Assembly (NCBI RefSeq): GCF_018350175.1
Contig: NC_058368.1
Coordinates: forward strand, 223,140,001-223,204,000
Length of the DNA: 64,000 bases
Direction: 5' to 3'
From: Felis catus
Taxonomy: Eukaryota
Position 1 is the first letter of the stretch, and each line of letters begins with the position of its first letter. The notes under the pieces were generated by a model. The model worked only from the letters and a program-made list of their open reading frames with translations, was not told where the DNA came from and did not search any database. Position numbers and translations under genes: made by a program. Positions 14,715 to 27,368 of this stretch are shown here, piece by piece.

Positions 14715-14810
14715 GCATTCCCACCAGCAGTGCAAAAAGGTTCCTCTTTCTCCTCACCCCCATCTGCCATGGCCTGAGTTGTTAATTTTAGGATTCTGCC
14801 CCGTGTGAGG
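14715..14810 (-). mobile_element. Short L1 ORF2-region fragment
   Basis: TTCCCACCAGCAGTGCAAAAAGGTTCCTCTTTCTCC..GTTGTTAATTTTAG..TTCTG..GTGTGAGG. Confidence 0.7.
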
Positions 14811-15889
14811 AAGATACTTGTCTGATGCGGACAAAATAGTTATTTTATGGTTATTTTTATTTTGTAAATGGATTTCTTATGAGGTCACTCACTGAAAGAA
14901 TGAAAAAAATGTAGAGTAGAAAAGAGACAAGTGTAGAAGTGGTCACCTCAGAAAATTAAAAAAAAAAAAAAAGAGTTGGGAAACCCAATACAGTTACTAG
15001 GAAAAGCCATTGTCCATTTGAAGTCTGTTTTAAAGACAGAATAATTTATAGAATAGTATGTTATTTCTCTAGTATTTAAAACTGTAATAGAAAATGCTTA
15101 TTTTAATGCTCCACCCATGACCCTCCAATGCACAGCCACATACTGTTATTTATATATGTTGTAATTTTCACAAAAATTTGCAGGTTCACATGACTTTTAC
15201 AGTCTTGGGGGAGATTTTCAACTTTCTAAACAAAAAAAAAATGTTTGACTTTAAAAAAGAAGGTGTTAACACACACTCATCTTTCTTTCGACATCCTAAT
15301 GTATGGTTGTTCTAACTGATTTCAATCAGACAAAATCAGTCAAAATTTGGGAAAGGCAATACTGATCACGCCCTAAAATAATTGAGTAACCTCATGATAA
15401 TGAATTCCAATGCAAATTGTGATGGCTTCCCAGGAAACACACCCAGCAAGTGAATTGCTTCCTTTTGCTTGGGTTCCTTTTATGATTTTCACTCTGTTTC
15501 ACTCATTGTTGTGCTCTATAGGCTCTGTGATTGGCAAACCAATCCCGTTTATCTTTGGGTTCTGATTTTGTTCTCTGGAACTCTAAAATAGAGAAAGTCT
15601 GTATCTTCCCTGAACAGATTGTGGATAGCAGCAGATTCCCTACTTTAGTCCTGCTTTTCACCTTTCAGAGGAGTAGGTGATCTCAATAGCACTGAATGCC
15701 AACAAATGAACCCTGTTGCTATCAGCTGATATCAGACCCTGGTTTTCCTTTGCAATGCATTCTCTTCTGTTTTGCAGTCACTTCTAACTTTGTAACATTT
15801 AGGAAAAATGCCATTTATATGCATATATTTTGGTGAAATCATAACAGTAACTGAGAGGTTGTGTCTATGTTTATAACTTTTATCTACTG

Positions 15890-16100
15890 GGTATACATTG
15901 CATTCCAGATCCTATAATAGGTGAATTATATAAATTATCTCCAATGTATATAATCACTGTAACTTTTCTTCCAGAAGATGCTATTATTCCATCAAAAGAT
16001 GAGAAAACTGAGAGCCAGTGTCCATCAATGTCAACATACTGAATAAGTGTCAATGCCAGAATTTGACCCAATTGGTCTCTATCTAAAATCTAAGCTTTTG
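15890..16100 (-). mobile_element. MIR SINE
   Basis: TATTATTCCAT..AGATGAGAAAACTGAG..GCCAGAATTTGACCCA MIR core. Confidence 0.65.
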
Positions 16101-17559
16101 TGTTCAAGTCCCTTGAGGAAAAAAAAAATAATGGCACAAGGATTTTGCCGTAAAGAACTCAATTACATAATGCATTCACTGAAGTTCTAAGGGAAATTCA
16201 GAAAATGGTTGATTAAATGGGATCAAGGCCGTTTTAACACAGAAATTGTATCATTGGATTTCTTTTATGTGCAGAGTAAAATTCAAAATATTGTAGACAT
16301 GTACTAGAAAGATTTAAGGGTGTTTAGAAAGGAGAAATTCTAGACTGAAGAATGTGTTGAGAAAATCATCAATGTCAATGATGACTGTTTAGCGGTGATG
16401 GTCAGAACATATGGTTAGGGGTACTATGTGTGAAATGCCAACTATAATATATGAATATTGGCAGTTGGAGGAATCTTTAGAGAGGCAAAGGACAATGGCA
16501 GTTCCTTTGTGGCAATGACTTGAGGCCTACATATATGTTTCAGTAGGACTGCAGTATTCTGATAATAACTTAACCCTACCTACAGTTTAATCTTGCCACT
16601 CTAAGGGCCAGACGCAGAGCAGGGCAATAAATATAAAGACTGATTTTTTTTCTCTGCTTTCCTGCCCTGTTGTGTAATCCCCAGAGTCTGTGACAGCCAA
16701 AAAGGGCTGGGCTTACAATGGCAAAGTGCTTTAGGGAAAATATTTTGGCACATCACAATCGACTTGCACTTAAAAATAAAAATAAAAATGAATAAGAATA
16801 TAAAGCATCCTGAGATATGGGCAAATTAAGTTCCTTTTCATCTAACCAATCTTCGTAGAGTCCCAAATTAACACTGGCAATATGAAATTTATTTTAGACT
16901 CACTTTCTAGACAATACTTTAGAGACACTGTTCTCTTTGTAGCTTGTTCTGTTCTTTAGAGGGATTGATGGCCTCTATAAATTTTTCCGAGTTAAAAATA
17001 ATCAGGTTTTATGTGATGACCCAAGTTTTCTTTCAAGGTAGCAACATAAATAACCTTTAATATACAGCAGCTACCCTTACATTGTACGCTCAAACACATT
17101 CAGCATAAGGGAAGGTGATGGAGTTCACATGTCAAATTCTTGTTTTCAAGACAGTCTTTAATTTCCATTATAAATAATTACACATGTTTACTAACCTGGA
17201 AATCCTTCTGTAAAGAAATTGTGAATAAGCAAGGAAACGGTAAAATATAGCTAATCACATATCTTCGAACGAAGATCAGGCTTTTCATGCGTTAACCTAG
17301 AAAGTATGAGATCTCATTTGATGATTTTTGCATGCTGTAGAATATGTAAATCTCTACTAAGAGTTCATTTTATCCATGTTCAGACTTTTTTTTATAGTGA
17401 CCAAACTTATCTTCTAGTTTCTACATTTTTACACTGTCAGTCTTTGCAAATATTAGAAAAGTTTTGTTTACGAACCTGTAATATAAAGTTCAATTGACTA
17501 AAATGCCACCCCTTTTGAATCATATCAGCTTAAGATTTAATAGTGTTTCCTGATTAGCT

Positions 17560-18130
17560 TTTCTGACTTCCCTCTCCCCTCCTTTCCCATCCCTTCCTTT
17601 CTCTCTGTTACATTACCTAGTATGTCCTCATCATTGATCCTGTAGAAACTTTTCTCTGGTCCTTTTGGGGCTTATATCATTAGTATTCTTGTGGAGATGA
17701 CTCATAAAATTGTGCTTCCAGCTTCAAAACCCTATCCCAAGCTGCAGTCTCATATTACCACGTGACTCTTGTATATCTCCTCATAATGTCTGGTTAACAC
17801 CTCAACATGGGCATATTCCAACTTAAATGTGTTTCCCAACCAGATATTACTATTTTCTTCCCTTTGATGGTGCCATTTTTCCCCAAAATAATACTTGGCA
17901 ACTCTGATTCATTCTTACCTGCATTTTGTTATGATAAATCTAATTATTTCTCTAAATATCGCCAAATATGTGTACCTTTATTTTTCTATTCTCATGCCAA
18001 GTTAAAGGCATTTATTATAACTGTCTATTTAACTATTAAACTATTTAACTATTTTAACTATTAAATTTGCCACAGTTTTTTCACTCTGCAAGTCAGCATG
18101 CAGAAAGTCCTTCCTCATATTGGGCTCCGT
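17560..18130 (+). mobile_element. L2 fragment (degenerate)
   Basis: Pyrimidine-rich with GATGACTC..ATGTCTGGTTAACACCTCAACATG L2-like motifs. Confidence 0.45.
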
Positions 18131-18424
18131 TTCTGATGCCTCTGCTTCTACACCTAAAATGCAAAAACTACCAAAAATTCCTCCTCCTCTTACTCCTTTG
18201 CTGTATCGTTTGGTAGATCACAGTGACATGAGAGTTAAGCACTCATGTTAACTGATAAGTCATTTCACCTACCTGATTAGCAAAAACTCTGGCAATAATT
18301 GATGGTAAAATGTGGTACACTATATGAAGATAGAAGAACTCGAGATAGAGCTCAATGGATAATGTGAGGATTATCCCTCAAGGGGAGTTGAACCTAATTT
18401 ATTGGATTGGTGATAGTAGTGAGT

Positions 18425-18577
18425 AGCGCTCTTCATGAGTCTGCACAAGGCCCCATATTCAGAAAGGTCCCATGCTTAAATTGGTGCCATCAATTCAATT
18501 AAGCTTATCCTTAATTTTCTAGCAAGAGTCCCCATACTTTTATTTTTCACCCTTCATCCAATTATGAGCTTGTCCTG
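18425..18577 (+). mobile_element. MER53-like hAT DNA element
   Basis: CTTCATG..GCACAAGGCCCC..TCAGAAAGGTCCCATGCTT..AATTATG..TGTCCTG. Confidence 0.6.
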
Positions 18578-18726
18578 GCGGTGAAGACAAGAAAGATATC
18601 AAGGCTAATGCCATCATTTTGCTCAGACCAGTGTGTGCGTGTGTGTGTGTGTGTGCACATTTTATCAACCCCATTCTCCCTCCTCATCTCAGATGAAGTG
18701 CTATTGGAAGTAATTTACCTATTTCA

Positions 18727-18926
18727 TTTTTAAAATTTGTTTGTTTGTTTATTTGCTTAGCACTTAAGTCAGGGAGCAGGACAGAGGGAAAGAGAGAGAG
18801 AATTGTAAGCAGTCCCCATGCTCAGCCCAGAGCCTGACACGAGGCTCACTCCCACGACCCTGGGATCACAACCTGAGCCGAAATCAAGAGTTTGACGCTC
18901 AACCAACTAAGTCACTCAGGCGCCCC
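18727..18926 (-). mobile_element. CAN-SINE (older subfamily)
   Basis: Body ..ACCTGAGCCGAAATCAAGAG..GTCACTCAGGCGCCCC with a T-rich tail. Confidence 0.92.
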
Positions 18927-19557
18927 ATCAATTTCTTAATATGTGAGAAACACTGTCCTTATATAACTTACAGAATTTATGGTGTTGCAGTGCATTTTAG
19001 TGATTTCTTTCTAGTTTTGTGGTGGTTGTTTTCGTTTAAAGCCACAGATTATCTCCCCTACTTTTTCTTTATATCTCTCAATGGAACTTAGAAGTGTGCT
19101 TTCTATATGGTAATTTTTATACATTTTCTGTAAAAAATCTGTTCCTGTATACCTGTATACTTATACATGCACATCCATGTATATTTATTTATATGTATAT
19201 GTAAATGTATTATATATACATATAATGACTGTATATAAGGTTTTAAACGTATATAAGGTTATAAGCTTATATAACACACACACAACATTTTTTTGCTAAA
19301 TATAAGAAAGAAGAATAGGAACTTCTGTTGAGCTCCATTTCCAAAACATCTTCTGATTGAGCATTAGAACAATTTATATTATAACTCCCTATTTGCAATA
19401 GCACACTAGAAGAATGGATAAGGACAGAAAATTATGAGAGAAAAAAAACAAGGAAACCATCTATACACATTCTAGTATTCACATGAAGAGAAATTAAAAT
19501 GATGAGATAATTTTTTAGCTACCGAATAAGCAAATGGAAAAAGAAATTTTTTTTTCA

Positions 19558-19654
19558 AGTTTGTTTTTGGTTTTTTGTTGTTGTTGCTGTTTGTTTTTTG
19601 TCTTGTTTTTTGCTTTTTTTGGTTTTTTGTTTTTGTTTTTTTGTTTTTTGTTTT

Positions 19655-19713
<59 letters not shown>

Positions 19714-19865
19714 GCAAATGGGGATGGGGCCAAGACAAAAAGATGGGTAGAATCCACTGTCCACACATGGCTCGATGTGGGGCTTGAATCCATGATCTTT
19801 GAGATCACGACCTGAGTCAAAATCAAGAGTCAGACACTTAACCAACTGAGCCAACCAGGTGCCCT
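19558..19865 (-). mobile_element. CAN-SINE with a ~100-nt degenerate tail and long (GA)n
   Basis: TSD GAAATTTTTTTTTCA/GAAATGTTTTTCTCA; body ends GCCAACCAGGTGCCC. Confidence 0.93.
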
Positions 19866-21099
19866 GAAATGTTTTTCTCAGGAGTAGTGAGGGACCAATT
19901 AATATTTTGCTCTTCTCTAAAGGTGTTGAGAAGTAAAAAGATAATTTATGTGTTTTAAGAAATGGTCATATATTTTGCTTAGTAGTTGCACTATCAGGAT
20001 TCTATCCTGTATCCAGTAGTCAGAAATCTGGGTGCAGATTTAGAAAAAGAGATGTTCATAGAAGCATTATTTATAATATCAAAAAGTTAAAAACAACCTT
20101 AACGTTCAATGATAGGAAAAAGATTAAAGTATTTGCATATATGCTAGGATTATTTTTTGAAAATGTTAGATAAGTGCTTTGAATTACAGAGAATATCTTA
20201 TATTAAAATTTAAGGTGATATGTGTATCAGTTTTCAAAGTGTCTTGTAAGATATTCCTAGGGAAAGCATTAATAACAGGAAGTTTAAAAGTCACTGTTAT
20301 ACTACTATTCCCTCTAGGATGGTCACAAATGTACATTAGCAAATTGAATATAGTTCTCAAAATGATTTCTTCAACTTAGAGTTGATTAATTGAACATGAA
20401 TTAAATAACCCTTGTTTCTATAAACTGAGGTTTAGAGACATTTTAGACTTTTATTTCTCTCAGGTGTGCAATATAATATTTATTTCATGGTTAAGAATCT
20501 TAGAATGCTTCAGGGTAATCAAAATGTAAATTTTTCTTAGGTAGTAGCAAAAAAGGTAAATAGAGGTAAATATAGAGATAGATATAGATATAGGTAAATA
20601 GAGACAGATATGCACTGAGTGAGTGCTATCCTCACAACATGTCAAGGAAGCTATATTTTCAATATTAATAAAAAACTTCCAGGTAAGAGTTTGTGATTTG
20701 CCTTTTTCTGCTATAAAATGGAGCACAGGTAGCAAATATAATTTATTTAATGAGTGCTTATTGAGCGCTTGAAATTTGGATTCAACTAACCTTTATTCAA
20801 AGCCTTTTATATGCTAAGGACTGCTCTAGACACTTTTGTGTGTGTAAAACTCTTCAGGGACCAAGAGAGCTTTGTAACATGAGTGTGTTTGCCCACATTA
20901 CAAGTCAGGCACCATACACAGGGAGTAAAACAACCTTGTTAAGCAACTTTTCTTTAAATATGAATGGTAGACATAGAGCTTGACCCTAGGTAGGCTTGTT
21001 TACATTATACCAAACTGCTTTTAGACAAACAATGTTCCTGGTGTTTATTAGCTTGCATTCAATTGGGAGACTGATAAGAAAAAAAATGACAAAGGAAGC

Positions 21100-21325
21100 A
21101 GGTTTGTATACAAGTAACTGTGTGCCTAATAGTTTTCTAAGCATGTTATCTATTTCGACATACTTAATCCTCCTAGTAAGCAAAAGAGATACGTAATATT
21201 ATACGCACAGTTTTCTGAAGAAGAAACAAAGCACGTATAATTATATAACTTTCCAAGTTCCAATTACATAACTTTCCAACTTTCCAGAATCTGTGTTTTT
21301 AACTACTGTGCCATGTTGCCTCTGA
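21100..21325 (-). mobile_element. MIR SINE
   Basis: ACTGTGTGCC..TTCTAAGCA..TTAATCCTC..TAACTTTCCAAG..TTTTAACTACTGTGC. Confidence 0.55.
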
Positions 21326-22578
21326 CTATAACACAATTTGTTAAAGCAAGATATTATCAGAGTTTTAAAAGTATTTTATGGTGTAAAAAAAATCAGGGGC
21401 TGCATTTTATGGCCTGAAAAAATGTATGAACTGTTGAGGCAAGGTGCTTTCTCAGAAGAGATGATCTTTGTTCTGATCCCTGAAGGGTAGATAAGGCATG
21501 GGGCTACAGGGAAAGAAAGGATGGTGATCATCCCAAGGGTGAGGGAGACAGACGTGGAGTTAGAAATGATATTAGCACTGTTAACTTAATAAATATATCC
21601 TGATGTGGCTAACAAAAATAGACATCAACTGAAAAGAAACAGAATTAGCTATAGCCCTCTGAAAATTCAATATTCCAGGTACATTCTCAATATTTTAGAG
21701 GCGTGAAATCATTGCCGTCCATATTTCAATGCTTTACTTTTATTCAGCATGCCTGTTTACCTTTACATTGTTGATGTCTATATCACATAACCGAGTTATA
21801 CGGAAACTATTGTCAGTAGAAGCCTCTCAGCCTTATTTACAAGTTTTGCTCCAAAGCCTTATCTTTGTTACCATGTATTTACTACTCATACTTTTGTTCC
21901 CAGCTGTAGTGTGTATTCTTTGTGAAATGTGAGATAACTTTCTCAAGACCCTAAAAGGGTATTTCGAGTTCTCTATCCAAATATACTGGCTTTTTGTAAT
22001 GTGTGAAATTTCTATGGATGGCGTTGGTTTCCATAGAGTTGATAGAAGTAGTAATTGGAAGAGATTCGTGTCAGAACTTTGCAGCTTACCACGAGAGACC
22101 CTCTTCCAGCCAAGCACCACTACACTTCTAAACACGTGAGACAGATGCCTAACCAATTGCTACACCAAATAATTGTATTAAAACGTCTCCATGTGGGCTA
22201 TAATGAAATCGTGCAAGATATAATGATGGCAGATAGAAAGATCATGTCATATACATCTCCCCTAATTATAGTCTACTGTGTCTGTCACAGGAAGCAGTGG
22301 GGTTATGCTGACATGACTTTTATATGAATGTTATACCGACTAAAGTGATCCCGCTGTTTTTTTCTCTTACTGATTTGTTAATCTCTTTAATAAATCTAAC
22401 TTTGCCAGATTCCACCTTTAGTTCAATAATTTCTAATTTATAGACTCTATATTTAATCAAGTTGCAGCAGTTGGGAAATGTTCATCTGTAGTCTTAGTGT
22501 ACTGTTTTATTCTCATCAAACCTGCAAAGTTTACTGAGATTATTTCAGATTCTTTTTTTTTTTTTTTATTCTGGTATG

Positions 22579-22799
22579 AGGGCACCTGGGTGGCTCAGTC
22601 AGTTAAGCGTCTGACTCCTGATTTCAGCTCAGGTCATGATCTCACAGTTTGTGGGATTGGGCCCCACGTTGGGCTCTTTGATGGCAGCCGGGAGCCTGCT
22701 TGGGTTTCTCCCTCTCCCTCTCTCTGTGCCCCTCCCCTGATCATGCTCTCTCTCTCTCTCTCCCCCTCCCCCCCAAAATAAAAACATTAAAAATTAGAA
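22579..22799 (+). mobile_element. CAN-SINE
   Basis: GGGCACCTGGGTGGCTCAGTCAGTTAAGCG..(CT)n..AATAAAA; TSD ATTCTGGTATG/ATTCTGTTATG. Confidence 0.95.
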
Positions 22800-22965
22800 A
22801 TTCTGTTATGTACTTTGTGTAATTTTTGTCCAAAAATTAATTCTTGGGAAACTAGGGTCCATTAGTAAATTTCCACTTATCTGGGAACCAGTGTCCTCAT
22901 TCTGTCATTTACAGTGCAATAGCTATCTATATAAATCAAACTACATACATAGAAATTCAGGGGTT

Positions 22966-23096
22966 CGGGACCCCTGGGTACCTCAGTCAGTTGAATGTCT
23001 GGCACTTTATTTCTGTTCAGGTCGTCATCTCCCATTTAGTGAGTTAGAGCCCCGCATGGGGGCTCCTTGCTGATAATGCAGAGCCTGCTTGGGATT

Positions 23097-23153
<57 letters not shown>

Positions 23154-23165
23154 AAAAATAAAAAA
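22966..23165 (+). mobile_element. CAN-SINE
   Basis: Diverged head, long (CT)n and polyA; TSD AGAAATTCAGGGGTT/AGAAATTGAGGAGTT. Confidence 0.92.
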
Positions 23166-23274
23166 AGAAATTGAGGAGTTTTACTTTTTCTTGTCAATTA
23201 ACAATTCTGTTCTGTTAGATCTAAACAAGCTTATTGGTTGTTGATATTTTACATGGACTGAAGAAATTTTTGTT

Positions 23275-23306
23275 TTTTTTTTTAATTTTTTTAATGTTTA
23301 TTTATT

Positions 23307-23363
<57 letters not shown>

Positions 23364-23531
23364 AGGGTAGGGACAGAGAGAGAGGGAGACACATAATTGG
23401 AAGTAGGCTCTAGGCTCTGAGCTGTCAGTACAGAGCCTGATGCAGGGCTTGAACTCACGGGCCTTTGAGCTGTGAGATCATGACCTGAGAGGAAGTCAGC
23501 TGCTCACCCAACTGAGCCACCCAGGCACCCC
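23275..23531 (-). mobile_element. CAN-SINE (SINEC_Fc-like)
   Basis: PolyT, long (GA)n, body ending GCCACCCAGGCACCCC. Confidence 0.95.
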
Positions 23532-23978
23532 AGAAAAAATTGTTCTTAAAAAGTACATTCATTTATCTAACTATCATTATGAATAAGGGAGGTGCTAATT
23601 TTTAAAAGTAATTATGCATGTAGTTTGAAATATTTTTGATAGATCACTCTTCTTCATTGTCGTATATCAATATTTTCCCAGTACTCTTTAATTCCTAATT
23701 GGAAATGTGATAATAGCACGAGTAAAGGCTAACTTTATTAGGTCATCTTTAATCATACAATTAGAGACAATATTTTTATTAATCTGTTTTCTTTCTCTTA
23801 AAGAGATATGCACAATCTGCGCTACCCGTTACCCAAACACATAAAAGAAAATAGCTGTAAAGGAAATTGTGTATTGATTCATGTTTTCAGCAGCTGTTTC
23901 TGTTTACATAAAACTCAGATCATTTTTAAATGTTAGTACACTTTCAGTAATTTCAGTTACATATGATCCACATAACTA

Positions 23979-24205
23979 TAAGAGACTCTTAAATACATAG
24001 AACAAACTGAGGGTTTCTGGAGGGGAGGTAGGTGGGGGGATGGGCTAAATGGGTGATGGGCATTAAAAGGATGGCACTTGGGATGAGCACTGGGTGTTAT
24101 ATGTAAGTGATGAATCCCTGGGTTCTACTCCTGAAACCAATACTACCCTGTACATTAATTACTTTCAATTTAAATAAATAAATTAAAAATAATAATAATA
24201 AAAGA
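23979..24205 (+). mobile_element. 5'-truncated carnivore L1 3' end
   Basis: AGAGACTCTTAAATACATAGAACAAACTGAGGGTT..GGGTGATGGGCATTAA..GATGAGCACTGGGTGTTATATGTAAGTGATGAATC, followed by an A-rich tail. Confidence 0.9.
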
Positions 24206-26822
24206 AACAACCACAGTAACAAGTTTGTACAGTTGACCATTCTACATGCTGAATTATAACAAGGGCAATCCTCGCATTTCCTTTTATTCCTTCTTTCTTT
24301 AGATTTGAAAATATTTCATAGCCTTCTGAATTTCCAGGTAAAATTGAGCATGAGATAACATCTAAAGAGACAATTTCCTGAGTCTGTCTCTCAGAGAATG
24401 ATCACAGTTTAGCATTACAATTTCTTCTTTCCAGTTTCTATAGTCTGACCAGCATCAATTGTGTGTCTGATGCTTCTCTGTCACTGGTGAAAATGATTCT
24501 TATAACTCTCCCAAGGTAACGGCAGTGGGGACTGGGATCAGAAATGTCCATGGTTTCAGTTTCAAAGATTAACTCTGTAATAAATTCTGCTGACTGATAC
24601 ATTGTTCAGTTTTTTGAAGTAATCTTTGACATAAGGAGAAAATAAACACCTGCCCACCACCTGGCAGCGTGTTTCACATTGGTTTACTCACTTTATTCTT
24701 TTTAAGCTGAAAATATAAGAGAATCAGTTAGCGGCTGACAGGTTCACCTTTCTATGGCGAGAGAAGGTTGGCATAGTTTCAGGTATGAAATTTTGGAAAC
24801 CATTGAAATCCAGCGTACATTACATCATTGGATTTGTGGAGAATCTAGAGCCCTTAATCTGGATGCAGTCTCAGAGATACAAATCCTCCCCTGGTGAATC
24901 GATTCTTTTTCTAGAAATGCGTTGTATTGTTTGCTGATGCTGACAAATCCCTCCGTATGCCATCCCACTCAGGAGCAAGTGCCTGTTGACTTCCATTATG
25001 ACTGGCCACTAGATGTGCTTATTAGGGTCTTATCCAGGGAAAACCACCAAGGAAGACTAGTGAAAACACATCTTATTTTCAAGTGTATCCCTAGGATGCT
25101 CATTGCCGGTGTCTCAGCAAAAGCTTCACTGGCAAGCTGGCAAACATTTTATTTCCCTCAACTAGAGGCAGTTAAACAAACCGGCTTCTCTAGAGGATGT
25201 CATAATGTGAAATTTTAAAATTAAATTACATGACCTCTTACAGACCCCAGACTCCTCTTTATATCCCCTATTATTTTTCACAACAATCCCTTTCCTCGTG
25301 CTGCCTGCCATGAGTTCGTAAACCGAAAAACCTTGAAGTGGATAATTTTTCAATACTTCCTTCAATAAACACAAACAAGAACTTATGCTTGGCTACTATG
25401 CAAGGAAAATCTCATGTAAATCAGAAGCTGCATGAGAGAAGATATACAAAACATAAAACAACATTGGCTCATTATTCTGATGCTATCGGTTCAGTTCTAC
25501 TTTTCCCTGAGTTGAGTTTTTGGCAATTTTCAAATGACTTCTAATGTCTTTCTTAGGAGTAACTTTTCACTTAAATGCACAGTCCCTTCACAACCAGAAA
25601 CTGTCCAATGCAAATGCTTTTTGCATTGTTTCTGTTCGTTTGTTTAATCGCTTCAAACACCCAAACCAAATTAAGTCCCTTCACTTTTCACATCACTCAA
25701 GCTAAATAATGATAGTAAAATATAACTCGTTGACTCAAAACATCTCAGCTTAGGCACTAGACGTTTCCTGGAAATACCACCTACTTCTCAACCTCTTTGA
25801 CCTCTCTGGAAGCCGAACAAAAGAAGGAGATGATTAGACATGAACTAAAGTTTATTAAAAGTTTCTCGTGGATTAAGCACAATGGCAGAGATTTTCCTTT
25901 AATCTTTGCAGAGACCCTCTGAAGTCAAGATCGCCTTCTCGATTTTAAATAGAAGCATCCTCTCAGCAGTGAAACGCCATATACGCATTGGGTATAGAAA
26001 AAAGTCCGAATCAGGATTTGAATCCACATCTCCTGGACTTTACAGGGTCTCTTTCCCCATCCTACCGCGTCTCTTAAGTTTATGTCTTTGTTCCTTTGAA
26101 TCTCTGAACCTGAGCATTTATAGGATGGGAGCAAGTAATGCTGCTGTCTTCCTGGAGGTAGTGTCAGAGGGTCTCGTGGAATTCTTGATACACCTGCAAA
26201 GTGACCCTCGGAATAACCATTCAGTTGAGATAAACTCCTACAGTCCCTTGCTACACTCCTTTAAGGATGCCCCATGTTCTTAAGGAGTGGATGTGGGTGA
26301 CTTTGCGCTGGGGGAAAGTGCCGAAGCTATTCCACATTAATTTTGAATACCGCCAGTCAGGGCCCGAATCCTTGTTATCAAAATCTATGTACCTTACAAA
26401 GCGTTTTAATTTACTCCGGAGTGATAAGAGTTGAGAAGTTTAAGTGTGAGAGGGCGTTTCCCTGGTGCGGGCAAAAGGGGGTAGGCGAGGCACTGGAGTT
26501 CCTATTTATCTTTCCAAATAGAATGCTGACCTCCAAGGGAACGCTCTATCTCCTATAAACCGTCCACGCCTCGAGTACTTTGGGGTAAGGCATTAAAGGG
26601 CATCACTCAAGCTAAATCTCAGGGCTACCGCCGGACTATGGATCACTGATGAATGAGCCAGCAGTTGAATGTTTAGCAGGCTGTGACGACTTTGCACGGA
26701 AATAGGAAAATTTATTACCCGCCTGCCACAGCAGTGCCTGTCCTGGCTGCTTTTCCTCCGGGTCCCTCCCAACGTCTACTCCCACGCCATCTGATATAGT
26801 CAAACCCCTTGTCGCCCCCCAC

Positions 26823-26831
26823 CCCCGCCCC
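26823..26831 (-). promoter_or_regulatory. GC box (Sp/KLF site), reverse orientation
   Basis: CCCCGCCCC in the upstream part of the island. Confidence 0.45.
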
Positions 26832-27062
26832 CATCCCCTGGTTTCCCCTCCCCGCAGAGAACGGAGGGTCTACACCGTCTCGGAATCCTGTCTTTTTTTT
26901 TTTTTCCTTTTCCCCCAAGAGCGGTGATGCTAATGATGCTGCTGTTGGTCTAGGGGTTTAATTTTTTTTTTTTTTTTTAATTAAGGGCATTGCTTTCCAC
27001 CTGACCTTGCAGGGAGGGCTCTAAAGGGTGTCCATTTGCGCGGCCCCAAAGCTGCACGATGT

Positions 27063-27071
27063 GGGGCGGGG
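27063..27071 (+). promoter_or_regulatory. GC box (Sp/KLF site)
   Basis: GGGGCGGGG about 120 nt upstream of the CCAAT box. Confidence 0.6.
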
Positions 27072-27180
27072 GGGGGGGAGAAGGAGACAGAAGCAGAAGG
27101 GAAAGGCAGCGGCCGGAGAGCGGGGAGGAGAGGAAGGAGGAGAGACGGGCAGAGGAGAGCATCAGGCGGACGGGCTCCGC

Positions 27181-27191
27181 CAGCCAATCAG
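27181..27191 (+). promoter_or_regulatory. NF-Y CCAAT box
   Basis: CAGCCAATCAG matches the extended NF-Y consensus and lies in the island core just upstream of the putative first exon. Confidence 0.7.
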
Positions 27192-27199
27192 AGGCGCGC

Positions 27200-27368
27200 T
27201 CGGGAGCTGCAGCAGCCGGAGCCGCGGAGCCCGGGGCTCCAGGAGCGCTGAGCCGAGGCTGGGGCTCTCCGAGGACGAGGTGGCTGTGCCCTGAGCGCGG
27301 GGGGGGAGTCCCCTCTATGCTGCTCGTAAATTAAGTTCCTTTCCGCCAGTCGGGGCAAGTCAGCCAAG
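27200..27368 (+). other. Putative non-coding first exon (5' UTR) of an unidentified + strand gene; start position approximate
   Basis: GC-rich segment downstream of the GC box and CCAAT box, ending at the consensus donor CAAG|GTAAGG (GT at 27369-27370). Its only ATG closes after 5 codons. No recognisable coding exon follows in the window. Confidence 0.65.

Noticed and set aside
21239..21285. Small tandem duplication AATTAYATAACTTTCCAA (similar small ones at about 18025, 31326 and 58210)
   Set aside because: Ordinary short slippage duplications with no sign of function.
25906..26283. 125-aa ORF upstream of the island
   Set aside because: Non-ATG start, partly MIR-like sequence and no recognisable domain.
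27200..27368. Assigning a gene symbol to the first exon
   Set aside because: Only non-coding sequence is present and I do not recognise it reliably.
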